The position numbers and the translations under genes are program-made. A model generated the notes under the pieces. It did no database searches. It had not been told where the DNA came from and was given only the letters and a program-made list of their open reading frames with translations. Positions 1 to 9,341 of a stretch of DNA of 64,000 nucleotides are shown one piece after another (the first letter of the stretch is position 1; each line of letters begins with the position of its first letter). The stretch comes from Acidimicrobiales bacterium (lineage in GTDB: Bacteria > Actinomycetota > Acidimicrobiia > Acidimicrobiales > Bog-793), in the NCBI GenBank assembly GCA_052143575.1, contig JBKQSP010000043.1:88921-152920 (forward strand), read 5' to 3'.

Positions 1-67
1 CGATCGCCTTGAGCTCCTCGCGCTCCTTACGTTCCAGAATCGAACGCTCGAGCTGCTCTCCGCTCAT
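1..67 (-). CDS. rho: Transcription termination factor Rho, N-terminus only (runs off the window)
   Basis: Manual translation gives MSGEQLERSILERKEREELKAI, a Rho N-terminal-like helix. An AGAGGA RBS-like sequence lies upstream, and the position after argS-lysA-hom-thrC is the conserved actinobacterial rho position. Confidence 0.7.
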   Translation of the reverse strand, partial: MSGEQLERSILERKEREELKAI

Positions 68-549
68 CGAGTTCCTCTCTTGTTGAGACTCGGTCTGCTG
101 GTGATTGTGTTGCAAGATGGCCCCTCGCCTCCCCACCGGTTCACCGGTGGAGGAGTGTGCAGCGGCATCCACCCCCGGTGGCGGGATGTGTCGCCACCTT
201 CGCTTCCTCCTTGGGCCGGCGCCACGATGGAACCGGCAGCGGAAACCCGAGCCGCATCGGCTTGCCGATGCGATTCAGGTTGGCTCCGGGATCAAAGGAC
301 GCTCGGCTCGTTCGGCACGATCAGGCAGAGGAAGGGAAACGCGGTGGAGGGTGCAGACCGAAAACTCCGGCGATTCCCGCCCGCCCTCAACGGTTGCCTC
401 CAGCGTTGCTGTGAGGCCGCCCCCGCGACGACGAGGAAGACATTCAGATGCTAGCGCCGAACACCGGGTCGGGCAACAACGTGCCCGCACCGCCCCCCGA
501 CGCTTCTCGCACTCTAGCGGTTGCCGACGCCAAGAAGGCCGCGGACGGC

Positions 550-1641
550 TCACAAACCGAGTGCAGCGAGAACCGATCCCGTGTCGGCCGGCAACGAGTC
601 CGGCACTGCCACCTGATCGATGGCAAGCCCAGGGTCCTTGAGGCCATTGCCCGTGAGGACGCACACGACACGGGAGCCCTCCGGCACGCCGAACTTCAGG
701 AGGCCGGCAACCGACGCTGCCGAGGCCGCCTCGCAGAACACCGACTCCTCTCGTGCCAGCCACGCGTATGACTCCAGGATCTCCTCGTCGGTGACCGCTT
801 CGATGCGCCCACCCGACTCACTCGAAGCGGCGGTGGCGCCATACCAGGACGCCGGGTTGCCGATCCGGATGGCCGTGGCGATCGTCTGCGGTTCCTCCAC
901 CGGCTTGCCCTCGACGATGGGCGCAGCCCCGGCGGCCTGGAAGCCGAACATCCGGGGCAGCCGGGTCGCGCGACCCGCAGCCTTGTACTCGCAATAACCC
1001 CGCCAGTAGGCCGTGATATTCCCGGCGTTGCCGACGGGCAGGCAGTGGACGTCCGGGGCGTCGCCGAGGACGTCGACGATCTCGAAGGCCCCCGTCATCT
1101 GCCCGGCGATCCGGTCGGGGTTGATCGAGTTCACTACCGTCACCGGTGCGCGCCCCGGCAGGTCCCGCACGATGGCGAGGGCGGCGTCGAAGTTGCCCTG
1201 GATCTGGATGACCGTCGCACCGTGTACGAGTGCCTGCGCCAGCTTGCCGAGGGCGATGTGTCCCTCCGGGATGAGCACGGCGCAGCGCATGCCGGCGCGG
1301 GCCGCATAGGCGGCCGCCGAGGCCGAGGTGTTACCGGTGGAGGCGCATACGACGACTTCGACGCCCGACTCGGCCGCTTTCGAGATGGCGAGCGTCATCC
1401 CGCGATCCTTGAACGACCCCGTCGGGTTGGCACCTTCGATCTTCAGCCACACCTCGGCGCCGAGGCGTTCGGAGAGGCGGCTCGCCAGCAGGAGCGGCGT
1501 CCCGCCTTCTTGCAAGGTGACGACGGGAGTGAGCTCGCTCACGGGCAGAAACGCCCGGTACTCCTCGAGCACGCCCCGCCACGGCCGCAACGCCGGGGCG
1601 GGTACCGAACCTCCGTCGGAGGCCTCGACCGCCCCGCTCAC
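550..1641 (-). CDS. thrC: Threonine synthase
   Basis: PLP motif [10 protein letters not shown], plus ASTGNTS and PVGNAGN; start overlaps the hom stop. Confidence 0.95.
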   Translation of the reverse strand: MSGAVEASDGGSVPAPALRPWRGVLEEYRAFLPVSELTPVVTLQEGGTPLLLASRLSERLGAEVWLKIEGANPTGSFKDRGMTLAISKAAESGVEVVVCASTGNTSASAAAYAARAGMRCAVLIPEGHIALGKLAQALVHGATVIQIQGNFDAALAIVRDLPGRAPVTVVNSINPDRIAGQMTGAFEIVDVLGDAPDVHCLPVGNAGNITAYWRGYCEYKAAGRATRLPRMFGFQAAGAAPIVEGKPVEEPQTIATAIRIGNPASWYGATAASSESGGRIEAVTDEEILESYAWLAREESVFCEAASAASVAGLLKFGVPEGSRVVCVLTGNGLKDPGLAIDQVAVPDSLPADTGSVLAALGL

Positions 1642-3002
1642 GATCCCGCCGGCTCGGGCCCGATGACGCGCAACATCGATCCGATCCGTTCGACGGAGTC
1701 GAGCTGCCGCAGAACCTGCAGCGTGGCGGTGACGTCCGCCTCGCGGGCCATGTGGGTGATGAAGAGCAGGTGGGCCTCCCCACTGAGACCCGTCTGTTCC
1801 ATGGATCGGATCGAGACGTTGTGATCGCCGAAGACGGAGGCGACGGCCGCCAAGACGCCGGGCCGATCGGCGACGTCGAGCGTCAAGTAGTACTGGCTGC
1901 GCAGCTCCGAGATGGAGCGCAGGTTCGGCGGTCTGCGGCGAGCGGCGCGGCCGCGGCTGCCCTCCCGCAGGTGGTGGGCGGCGTCGATGACGTCGCCGAG
2001 CACGGCACTGGCCGTCGGTCGGCCGCCGGCACCGATGCCGTAGACCATGATCTCGCCGGCGGCGTCGCCTTCCACGAACACGGCATTGAACGAGCCGCGT
2101 ACCGAGGCGAGGGGGTGGTCCTTCGGGACCATCGCCGGATGCACGCGGACGGCGATCGCCGGCGGGCGATCGGGCACCCGGCTGGCACCGTCGCTGAAGG
2201 CGTCCGACCGCTCGGCGACGGCGAGCAGCTTCACCTCGTAGCCGAGCCGGTGAGCGAAGGCGATGTCCCGCGATTCGATGCCGACGATTCCCTCGCGATG
2301 CACATCGGAGGCCCGCACGTCGGCGTCGAAGGCGATACCGGCGAGGATGGCCGCCTTGGCGGCGGCGTCGTATCCCTCCACGTCGGCTGTCGGGTCGGCT
2401 TCGGCGTAGCCGAGCGCCTGCGCCTCGGCGAGCGCCTCGGCGTATCCGATGCCTTCCTCGCTCATCCGCGTGAGCATGTAGTTCGTCGTGCCGTTGACGA
2501 TGCCGGTGAGGCGCACGATGTGCTCTCCGGCGAGTGACTCGCGCAGGAGCCGCACGAGGGGGATGGCGCCGGCCACGGACGCCTCGAACAGCAAGTCGAC
2601 GCCGGCCGCCTCTGCGGCGGCCGTCAGCTCACCGGCGTTCGTGGCGAGGAGCTCCTTGTTGCCGGAGATGACGGGTTTCTTCGAGGCGAGTGCTTGCAAG
2701 ATGAGCGAACGCGCCGGCTCGACGCCACCCATCAGCTCGACGATGACGTCGACCTCCGGGTCGCTGACGATCGATTGAGTGTCGGTCGTCACCCGCTTCT
2801 CGAAAGCGACGCGGTCGATCCCGGGGCGCTCGCGGGCGAGGTCGCGCACGGCGATGCGCGTGACCTCGAGGTCGATCCCGGTGCGGCCGGAGATGGCGCC
2901 GGCTCCGGAGTCGACGAGGGCGACGAAGGCCGCCCCGACGTTGCCGCAGCCGAGAACGCCCACGCGCAGCGCTGCGTCGGGCGTCCACTCTGACCGGCTC
3001 AC
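1638..3002 (-). CDS. hom: Homoserine dehydrogenase with C-terminal ACT domain
   Basis: GCGNVG NAD motif, [19 protein letters not shown] and the ACT motif DRPGVLA. Start set at GTG 3002, 7 nt after a TACGTT -10 box. Confidence 0.93.
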   Translation of the reverse strand: MSRSEWTPDAALRVGVLGCGNVGAAFVALVDSGAGAISGRTGIDLEVTRIAVRDLARERPGIDRVAFEKRVTTDTQSIVSDPEVDVIVELMGGVEPARSLILQALASKKPVISGNKELLATNAGELTAAAEAAGVDLLFEASVAGAIPLVRLLRESLAGEHIVRLTGIVNGTTNYMLTRMSEEGIGYAEALAEAQALGYAEADPTADVEGYDAAAKAAILAGIAFDADVRASDVHREGIVGIESRDIAFAHRLGYEVKLLAVAERSDAFSDGASRVPDRPPAIAVRVHPAMVPKDHPLASVRGSFNAVFVEGDAAGEIMVYGIGAGGRPTASAVLGDVIDAAHHLREGSRGRAARRRPPNLRSISELRSQYYLTLDVADRPGVLAAVASVFGDHNVSIRSMEQTGLSGEAHLLFITHMAREADVTATLQVLRQLDSVERIGSMLRVIGPEPAGS

Positions 3003-3072
3003 GTGCAACAACGTACAAGACCGCGATTGGCCCCCCGAAAAACGGGGGCCGCCCGCCCCCGGCTCGGGTCGC

Positions 3073-4419
3073 CTAGCGATCGAGCCGGAGGAGATCCTCG
3101 ATGGTCTCGCGGCGGACGACGACACGCGCCTCCCCGCCGCCCACGAAGACGACCGGGGGCCTCCCGACGCGGTTGTAGTTCGAAGCCATCGACCAGCCGT
3201 ACGCGCCCGTGACCGGTGTGGCGAGCACGTCTCCCACCTTCAAATCGGCGGGGAGGCGGGCATCGTCCACAAGGATGTCGCCCGACTCACAGTGCTTGCC
3301 GACGACTCGGGCCGCCCGGGGGCGTTCGGCGTCCGGCTCGCGAGGCAGGAACGCCTCGTAGCCGCTTCCGTACAGGACGGGCCGGGGGTTGTCGCTCATG
3401 CCTCCGTCGACCGCCACGTAGGTGCGCACACCGGGGAGCGACTTGATCGTGCCGACGCGGTAGAGGGTGATGCCCGCCGTCGCCACGATGGACCGCCCCG
3501 GCTCGGCCGTCACACGCACCTCGTCCGGCAAGCGGGCGGCCGCACAGGCGGTACGGACGACGGCTGCCCACTCCGCCATCGAGGGGGCGTGCTCCCCATT
3601 GAGGTAGGCGACCCCGAGGCCGCCGCCGACGCAGCACTCCCGCAGCCCGTGCCGGCGCAGGAACGGCCCGAGCAGGCTGACGACGCGGGCGTAGACGTCG
3701 ACCCGGAAGATCTGGCTACCGACGTGGGCGTGCGCACCGACGAGTCGCAGCCCGGGGACGCTTCGCAGCGCCTCGACGGCACGGTCGGCGGCGCCCTCGG
3801 CGAGGCTGAAACCGAACTTGGAGTCCTCCTGGCCCGTCATCACGTACTCATGGGTGTGCGCCTCCACGCCAGGTGTCACGCGCAGGAGGGCGTCCACACC
3901 GCCCGCGAGCAGTCCGGCACGGGAGAGCCCCGCCAGGCGCTCGATCTCGTCGAACGAGTCGACGACGATGCGCCCGACACCTGCTTGCAAGGCCGCCTCC
4001 AGCTCAGGCAGGGACTTGTTGTTGCCGTGGAAGACGAGGCTGCGACCCTGCACGCCGGCGGCGAGGGCGACGGCGAGCTCTCCACCGGTCGAGACGTCGA
4101 GCAACATCCCCTCCTCGACGGCGAGGGCGGCCATCGCCTTGCACAGGAAGGCCTTCGTCCCATAGGCGACGGCACCGCCCCCGAAGCAGGCGACGGCTTC
4201 CTTGCAGCGGGCACGCAGGTGCTCCTCGTCGTAGACGAACAGCGGGGTGCCGACCTCGTCGGCGAGCGCCACGAGATCCACCCCACCGACGGCGAGTGCG
4301 CCGGAGGGAGCCCGCGAGGCCGAGATGGGCAGGAGGTGGCGAGCCACGGGGGCCGCCGCAGACTCCGGATCGGTGACGGGAGCGGGCTCGTGCGAGCCCA
4401 CATCGTTCACGTCGGTCAC
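3073..4419 (-). CDS. lysA: Diaminopimelate decarboxylase
   Basis: YGTKAF, HVGSQI, EPGRSIV, HCESGD and GAYG..MASNYN; the GTG start overlaps the argS stop. Confidence 0.95.
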   Translation of the reverse strand: MTDVNDVGSHEPAPVTDPESAAAPVARHLLPISASRAPSGALAVGGVDLVALADEVGTPLFVYDEEHLRARCKEAVACFGGGAVAYGTKAFLCKAMAALAVEEGMLLDVSTGGELAVALAAGVQGRSLVFHGNNKSLPELEAALQAGVGRIVVDSFDEIERLAGLSRAGLLAGGVDALLRVTPGVEAHTHEYVMTGQEDSKFGFSLAEGAADRAVEALRSVPGLRLVGAHAHVGSQIFRVDVYARVVSLLGPFLRRHGLRECCVGGGLGVAYLNGEHAPSMAEWAAVVRTACAAARLPDEVRVTAEPGRSIVATAGITLYRVGTIKSLPGVRTYVAVDGGMSDNPRPVLYGSGYEAFLPREPDAERPRAARVVGKHCESGDILVDDARLPADLKVGDVLATPVTGAYGWSMASNYNRVGRPPVVFVGGGEARVVVRRETIEDLLRLDR

Positions 4420-6026
4420 ATCTCGTCCGGGGCGCCCACGCCAAGGAGGTCGAGGCCGATGGCCAGCCCGACACGGGCCGCCTCGACGAGCCAGAGGCGA
4501 GCCTGCGTCAGCTCGGGGGCGACGCCTTCTCCCATCACGTAGCAGTCGTGGTAGAAGCTGTGAAAGTCCGCTGCCAAGCGGCGAACCCAATTCGTCACCT
4601 TGTAGGGCGCCCGCTCCACGGCTGCTTCCTCCACGACGCGTGGTAGCTCGACGAGCGTCCGCAACACCTCGAGCTCGCGTGGGTGCTCGAGCAGGCCGAG
4701 GTCCACCTCGTCGATGGGCCGGCGCGCCACCCCGCGTTCTGCCGCCACGCGGCTGATGGAGGCGATGCGGGCATGGGCGTACTGCACGTAGAAGACGGGG
4801 TTCTCGGCAGAGCGCTCTTTCACGATGTCGAGGTCGAGCGTCGTCGCCTGGTCGATGGACGACAGCAAGGAGAGGAGCCGGGTCGAATCGGCGCCGATCT
4901 CGTCGATGAGGTCGTCAAGGCGGACATAGGTGCCCGAGCGTTTCGACATGCGGCCGCTCACGAGCGAGATCATCTGGCCGATGCGTACCTCGAGGCGGCC
5001 CGGGTCGACGCCGAGCGCCTGCACGCCGGCATGCAGGCTCGCCACCTGCCCGTGGGTGTCGGCGCCGAAGATGTCGATGACCCGGTCGAAACCCCGCTCG
5101 ATGAACTTGTTGCGGTGGTAAGCGAGGTCGCCGCCGAGATAGGTCACGTCGCCGTTGGACTTGATGAGGACGCGGTCACGGCTGTCACCGAAAGTCGTGG
5201 CCCGGAACCAGGTCGCCCCACCCTCCTCGTAGACATGACCGCGGGCGCGTAGCTCCTCGATGACCTCGGCGACCTTGCCCCCCTCTTCGATGGAGGCCTG
5301 CGAGTACCACTCGTCGAAATGGATGTTGAGCCGGTCCATCGTCGTGCGGATGTTCGCCAGTATCTGCTCGGCGGCGAAGCGCCCCGCTTCGACGACGTCG
5401 TCGGGACCCTCGTAGGCGCCGGCGAGCTCGGCGACGTACTCGCCCTGGTAGCCCTCTTTCGGAGGGGCCTCTCCGCGGCGCCGAGCCAGCAAGCTCTCGC
5501 CCAGCAGGCGGATCTGCCCGCCTGTGTCGTTGACGTAGTACTCGCGTGTCACCTTCGACCCGGTCCGCGTGAGGATGCGGGCAAGAGCGTCGCCGTATGC
5601 CCCGAACCAACCGTTGCCGACGTGCACCGGCCCGGTCGGGTTGGCCGAGACGAACTCGATCTGGGTGCGTTCGCCGTGGGCGAGGTCAGGGGCGGCGTAG
5701 CCGGACTCCGTCGCCGTCACGATCTCGACGAGCACGTCGTGCAGCCATGACGGGCGGAGCCGGAAGTTGACGAAGCCGGGGCCGGCGACCTCGACGGCGT
5801 CAACATGTCGCGGCGGCGAGGCGGTGAGGGCGGCGGCGAGCTGCTCGGCGATGTCTCGCGGTTTGCGGCCTGACCGCTTGGCGAGGGCAAGGGCGACGTT
5901 CGTCGAGAAGTCACCGTGCTCGGGACGGGCGGGTCGCTCGAGGTGCACGTCGGCCGGCGTGGCCTCGATATCCAGGGCCTTCAGCTCGGCGGCGATCGAC
6001 TCGGCGAGGACGTCAGCGATGCTCAT
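4416..6026 (-). CDS. argS: Arginine--tRNA ligase
   Basis: EFVSANPTGPVHVGN (HIGH-like), MSKRSG and YVQYAHAR; start trimmed to MSIADVL. Confidence 0.95.
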   Translation of the reverse strand: MSIADVLAESIAAELKALDIEATPADVHLERPARPEHGDFSTNVALALAKRSGRKPRDIAEQLAAALTASPPRHVDAVEVAGPGFVNFRLRPSWLHDVLVEIVTATESGYAAPDLAHGERTQIEFVSANPTGPVHVGNGWFGAYGDALARILTRTGSKVTREYYVNDTGGQIRLLGESLLARRRGEAPPKEGYQGEYVAELAGAYEGPDDVVEAGRFAAEQILANIRTTMDRLNIHFDEWYSQASIEEGGKVAEVIEELRARGHVYEEGGATWFRATTFGDSRDRVLIKSNGDVTYLGGDLAYHRNKFIERGFDRVIDIFGADTHGQVASLHAGVQALGVDPGRLEVRIGQMISLVSGRMSKRSGTYVRLDDLIDEIGADSTRLLSLLSSIDQATTLDLDIVKERSAENPVFYVQYAHARIASISRVAAERGVARRPIDEVDLGLLEHPRELEVLRTLVELPRVVEEAAVERAPYKVTNWVRRLAADFHSFYHDCYVMGEGVAPELTQARLWLVEAARVGLAIGLDLLGVGAPDEM

Positions 6027-6113
6027 TCCAGCAGTGAGGATGGCCGAAGTGCGGGTAGCATGCAAACAGCGGAGCTGAAGCGTGCCTGGTAGGCCTGCGT
6101 GCTGTGTCCTCCC

Positions 6114-6188
6114 GCCCTCGTAGCTCAGCGGATAGAGCACCGGCCTCCGGAGCCGGGTGCGCAGGTTCGAGTCCTGCCGAGGGCGCCA
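6114..6188 (+). tRNA. tRNA-Arg, anticodon CCG
   Basis: GCCCTCG/CGAGGGC acceptor stem, TAGCTCAG D-arm, CCGGC-CT-CCG-GA-GCCGG anticodon arm, GGTTCGAGTCC T-arm and an encoded CCA; divergent from argS. Confidence 0.97.
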
Positions 6189-6444
6189 TTGTGATGTCGT
6201 GAGACATCGGACTTCGACCAGCTCTTCCACGGCGCAAGCTACCGGAGCCCCTTTTCGTCATCGATGGCGGCGAAGCGATGACCGTGGGTTGCACGGCGGT
6301 TTCGATTGTCCTCTTTGCCGCGATCACACCGACCGCCAGGACCTTTTCCACATTTTCCCCAGGCTGTCCACTTCGCTGGCACATGCCTGACAAGACTTTC
6401 CCTTGGGCAATTTTCGGCCGAATTCAGCCTCGTCGGTAGGGTGG

Positions 6445-6535
6445 CGAGCAGCGGGCTCATCCCAGAACCCACCTGACAGGGTCGCGGCGGGGCGGCGGCG
6501 TGGAGACGATAAGTTCCCGGCGCCGGAGTGCTCGG
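6445..6535 (+). ncRNA. Candidate structured leader RNA upstream of the secreted beta-propeller gene
   Basis: Follows a TAGGGT -10-like box. Nested pairings CGAGCA/TGCTCG, GAAC/GTTC, CCAC/GTGG and GTCGC/GCGGC enclose unpaired CTGAC and GACGATAA segments. Family not identified. Confidence 0.3.
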
Positions 6536-6746
6536 AAGCTCCTGTTGCCATTCCGTCGGCCCCCCAATCGACCGCTTCCACAGAATTACAGCCGGCCTCG
6601 AATAGCCTGACCCTAGCCGGGTTCTCATCAGGGGGTCTGCTTGAACTCGCTGCCTCGAACGGAGAAGGCCGTTCCCGCTGCTCAAACCCTGTGCCGGACG
6701 CCACGCGTGTCTCAAGTGATCGCCTCCAGGAGCCGATGAATTACTC

Positions 6747-8609
6747 GTGACAACGCTGCGAGCAACCCCAACGACAGCATCGGGCGCTAGCGACCGAGCT
6801 GGACGAACACGCAGGCTGGGGCGTATCACGGCCTCAGCCGCCCTCATGGCGACGGCAGGTGCGGGTGTGGCGCTCGGGACAACGGCGGGGGCGGGAGCAG
6901 CCCTCGGGGCCGCCCGAGCCGCCAGCGCAAAGCCCCACGCGGCCGCTGACCTCGAGGTTAACTCGATCTGGCATGTGTCGTACCCCGTCGGCCAGCGCCC
7001 ATTCGCGCTCTCATCGCCGGTTCTCGTCGATCTTCCCGCTGGGCCTGCCATGGCGGTGGCGGCTCGATCCGGGCACGTCTATGCCATCTACCTGCAGCCT
7101 GGACCGAACGGAAAGGCTCGTAGCGCCTGGACCGTGGCGACTCGCGGCGGCCCGACTGGCTTGATCGGCGACGACTCGTCGCCCTCGAGCTGGAACGGCG
7201 TGACGTACTTCGGCGTCGGCTGGCGTGGCCTACGCGGCCTCGGTGGTTACGAGGCCGTCAATGCGAACGGTTCGGTGAGGTGGGCCAAGAAGGCTCTCAA
7301 CCCGAGTAGCGATGCCGGCGACGTGGGTGTGAGCGGCGGCCTCAGCCTCGGCGTCCTCCAGTCGCAGGTCGCCCTCGTGAGCCCCTCCCAGGGCCAGAAC
7401 ACCTACTTGCTCAAACCCGCCAACGGATCCGCCTTGAAGGGCTTCCCCTGGTTCCAGGCAGACACGGTCTTTGCCACGCCGGCGATCGCTGACGTCGAGG
7501 GCAACGGTCAGGACCAGATCATCGAGGCCGGCAACACAACAGCCGGATACGTGTACCACACGCAGTACATCAACGGTGGCCAGGTCCGCATCCTGAGCGA
7601 GACGGGTAACGGCGGCAACAAGAAGCAGCCCAACGGCGGCCTCTACTGCGCGTACACCGTCAATCAGGGCGTCGACTCCTCGCCGGCTGTGGGCGACATC
7701 TTCAAAGGCGGCGAGCCCGGCATCGTCTTCGGCACGAGCACCGAGCGGGCGGGACCCGGTCGAGCGACCGACGACGTCATTGCCATCAACAGCGCCTGCC
7801 GCCAGATGTGGTCAAGGCCGCTCAACGGTGCCACGACGAGCAGCCCAGCTCTTGCGGACGTGATGGGCAACGGCAGGCTGCAGGTCGTCGAGGGAACCGC
7901 CAATGGTTGGGTGTACGCCCTCAACTCAGAGACCGGCCACGTGCTCTGGGAGACCCAAGTACCCGGATCCGTTCTCGGGGGCGTCGTCACCGTCGACCTC
8001 GGCAATGTTTACCAGGACGTGATCGTGCCGACGACCATCGGTGCCTACATCCTCGACGGCAAGACCGGCGCTCTGGTTCACACCGTGAACGTCGCGACAG
8101 GCAAAGTCGCGGCGGCTCTGGAAGTCGGCATCGGCCTCCAGAACTCGCCGCTCGTCACCGAGGACCCGAACGGCACGATCGGCATCACAGTGGCCGGTTA
8201 CACGGGTGGTCGCGGCGAATCGCACGGCATCATCGAGCACTACGAGATCGTCGGATCCGATGGCTCGGTCGTGACGGAAGCAGGGGCGTGGCCGGAGTTC
8301 CACCACGACCCGCAGCTGACGGGCAACGCCAATGCACCCATGGCGGACACCCTCGGCATCAGCGGCACGTCGGTGCCGAAGGGCACCGTGAAGGAGCACT
8401 ACAGCGTCACGCTGCGCGCCTCCGGCGGCGTCGGTCCCTACACCTGGAGCCGCATCGGCGGCTCGAGGCCCCCAGGTCTCACGTTCACCTCGACCGGAGT
8501 TCTCAGCGGGACACCCGCCGAGCCAGGCACCTATCGCCTCCCGGTTCAAGTCTCGGACAAGACCGGCACGCGAGTTCGGACGGTTCTCACGGTCCGGGTT
8601 ACTGCCTGA
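6747..8609 (+). CDS. Secreted FG-GAP/PQQ-like beta-propeller protein with C-terminal putative Ig domain
   Basis: Basic then hydrophobic N-terminus. Repeats ATPAIADVEGNG, SSPAVGDIFKGG and SSPALADVMGNG; WPEFHHD motif; Ig-like tail GGVGPYTWS...PPGLT...GVLSGTP. Confidence 0.75.
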   Translation: MTTLRATPTTASGASDRAGRTRRLGRITASAALMATAGAGVALGTTAGAGAALGAARAASAKPHAAADLEVNSIWHVSYPVGQRPFALSSPVLVDLPAGPAMAVAARSGHVYAIYLQPGPNGKARSAWTVATRGGPTGLIGDDSSPSSWNGVTYFGVGWRGLRGLGGYEAVNANGSVRWAKKALNPSSDAGDVGVSGGLSLGVLQSQVALVSPSQGQNTYLLKPANGSALKGFPWFQADTVFATPAIADVEGNGQDQIIEAGNTTAGYVYHTQYINGGQVRILSETGNGGNKKQPNGGLYCAYTVNQGVDSSPAVGDIFKGGEPGIVFGTSTERAGPGRATDDVIAINSACRQMWSRPLNGATTSSPALADVMGNGRLQVVEGTANGWVYALNSETGHVLWETQVPGSVLGGVVTVDLGNVYQDVIVPTTIGAYILDGKTGALVHTVNVATGKVAAALEVGIGLQNSPLVTEDPNGTIGITVAGYTGGRGESHGIIEHYEIVGSDGSVVTEAGAWPEFHHDPQLTGNANAPMADTLGISGTSVPKGTVKEHYSVTLRASGGVGPYTWSRIGGSRPPGLTFTSTGVLSGTPAEPGTYRLPVQVSDKTGTRVRTVLTVRVTA

Positions 8610-8659
8610 TCCTGCGCCCGGTGGGCCGTCGGCCGTCGTGGCCGAATAGCGTCCTCTGA

Positions 8660-9244
8660 GTGACCCACACCCCAGACGGGTTCGACGGCGAGAAGTACCA
8701 GGCACGGTTGGAGGAGCTCGTCAAGGCCGGGGTGGACGTGCACGGCGAAGCCAGATTCGTCATGGCATTCGCCCCCGAGAGTGTCCTCGACGCCGGCTGC
8801 GGCACCGGACGCGTTGCCATCGAGCTCGCCCGTCTCGGCGTCTACGTGCTGGGCGTCGACCGGGATGCCTCCATGCTGGCCGTGGCACGTCGGCTCGCTG
8901 ACAAGACAACCGAGGAGCTTCCGGCGGCACGTCTCGGCTTCCTGCACTCCGACCTGGTCGAGCTCGACACCGGTGGCACCTTCGACGTCGTGCTCATGGC
9001 GGGCAACGTCCCGCTTTTCACACCGAAGGGCTCCGAGGCGGCACTCGTCGCCTCCGCCGCGCGCCACGTGCGTCGAGGTGGTGTCCTCATCGCCGGTTTC
9101 CAGCTGGACGGCGGATACGCGCTCGAGGTCTACGACCTGCACTGCGCGGCCGCCGGGTTGGAGTTGGCAGAGCGCTTTGCCACCTGGGACCGTCAAACCT
9201 TTGCCGGGGGGAATTACGCTGTGTCGGTGCATCGGCGCCCCTGA
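8660..9244 (+). CDS. Class I SAM-dependent methyltransferase
   Basis: VLDAGCGTGR motif I; leaderless-type start (TAGCGT, 7 nt, GTG). Confidence 0.88.
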   Translation: MTHTPDGFDGEKYQARLEELVKAGVDVHGEARFVMAFAPESVLDAGCGTGRVAIELARLGVYVLGVDRDASMLAVARRLADKTTEELPAARLGFLHSDLVELDTGGTFDVVLMAGNVPLFTPKGSEAALVASAARHVRRGGVLIAGFQLDGGYALEVYDLHCAAAGLELAERFATWDRQTFAGGNYAVSVHRRP

Positions 9245-9341
9245 CGAACCGGCGGAGAGGTTGCGCCAATGGCAACGTCACTGACGGTTCGGGCATGAGC
9301 GTGGTCGTCGGGACGGTTCGGAACGAGCGAGACTGCCGTCG

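Noticed and set aside
80-771. Short ORFs in the thrC-rho interval, considered as a possible thrB remnant
   Set aside because: No GHMP kinase motif or coding-like composition.
6027-6230. N-terminal extension of ArgS in the ORF track
   Set aside because: It overlaps the tRNA on the opposite strand; the real start is ATG 6026.
6400-6746. Known riboswitch (c-di-AMP, c-di-GMP, SAM-IV, cobalamin)
   Set aside because: Hallmark consensus segments were not found; kept only as an unnamed candidate.
6114-9300. Genomic island integrated at tRNA-Arg
   Set aside because: No integrase, and I saw no duplicated tRNA 3' end in the window.
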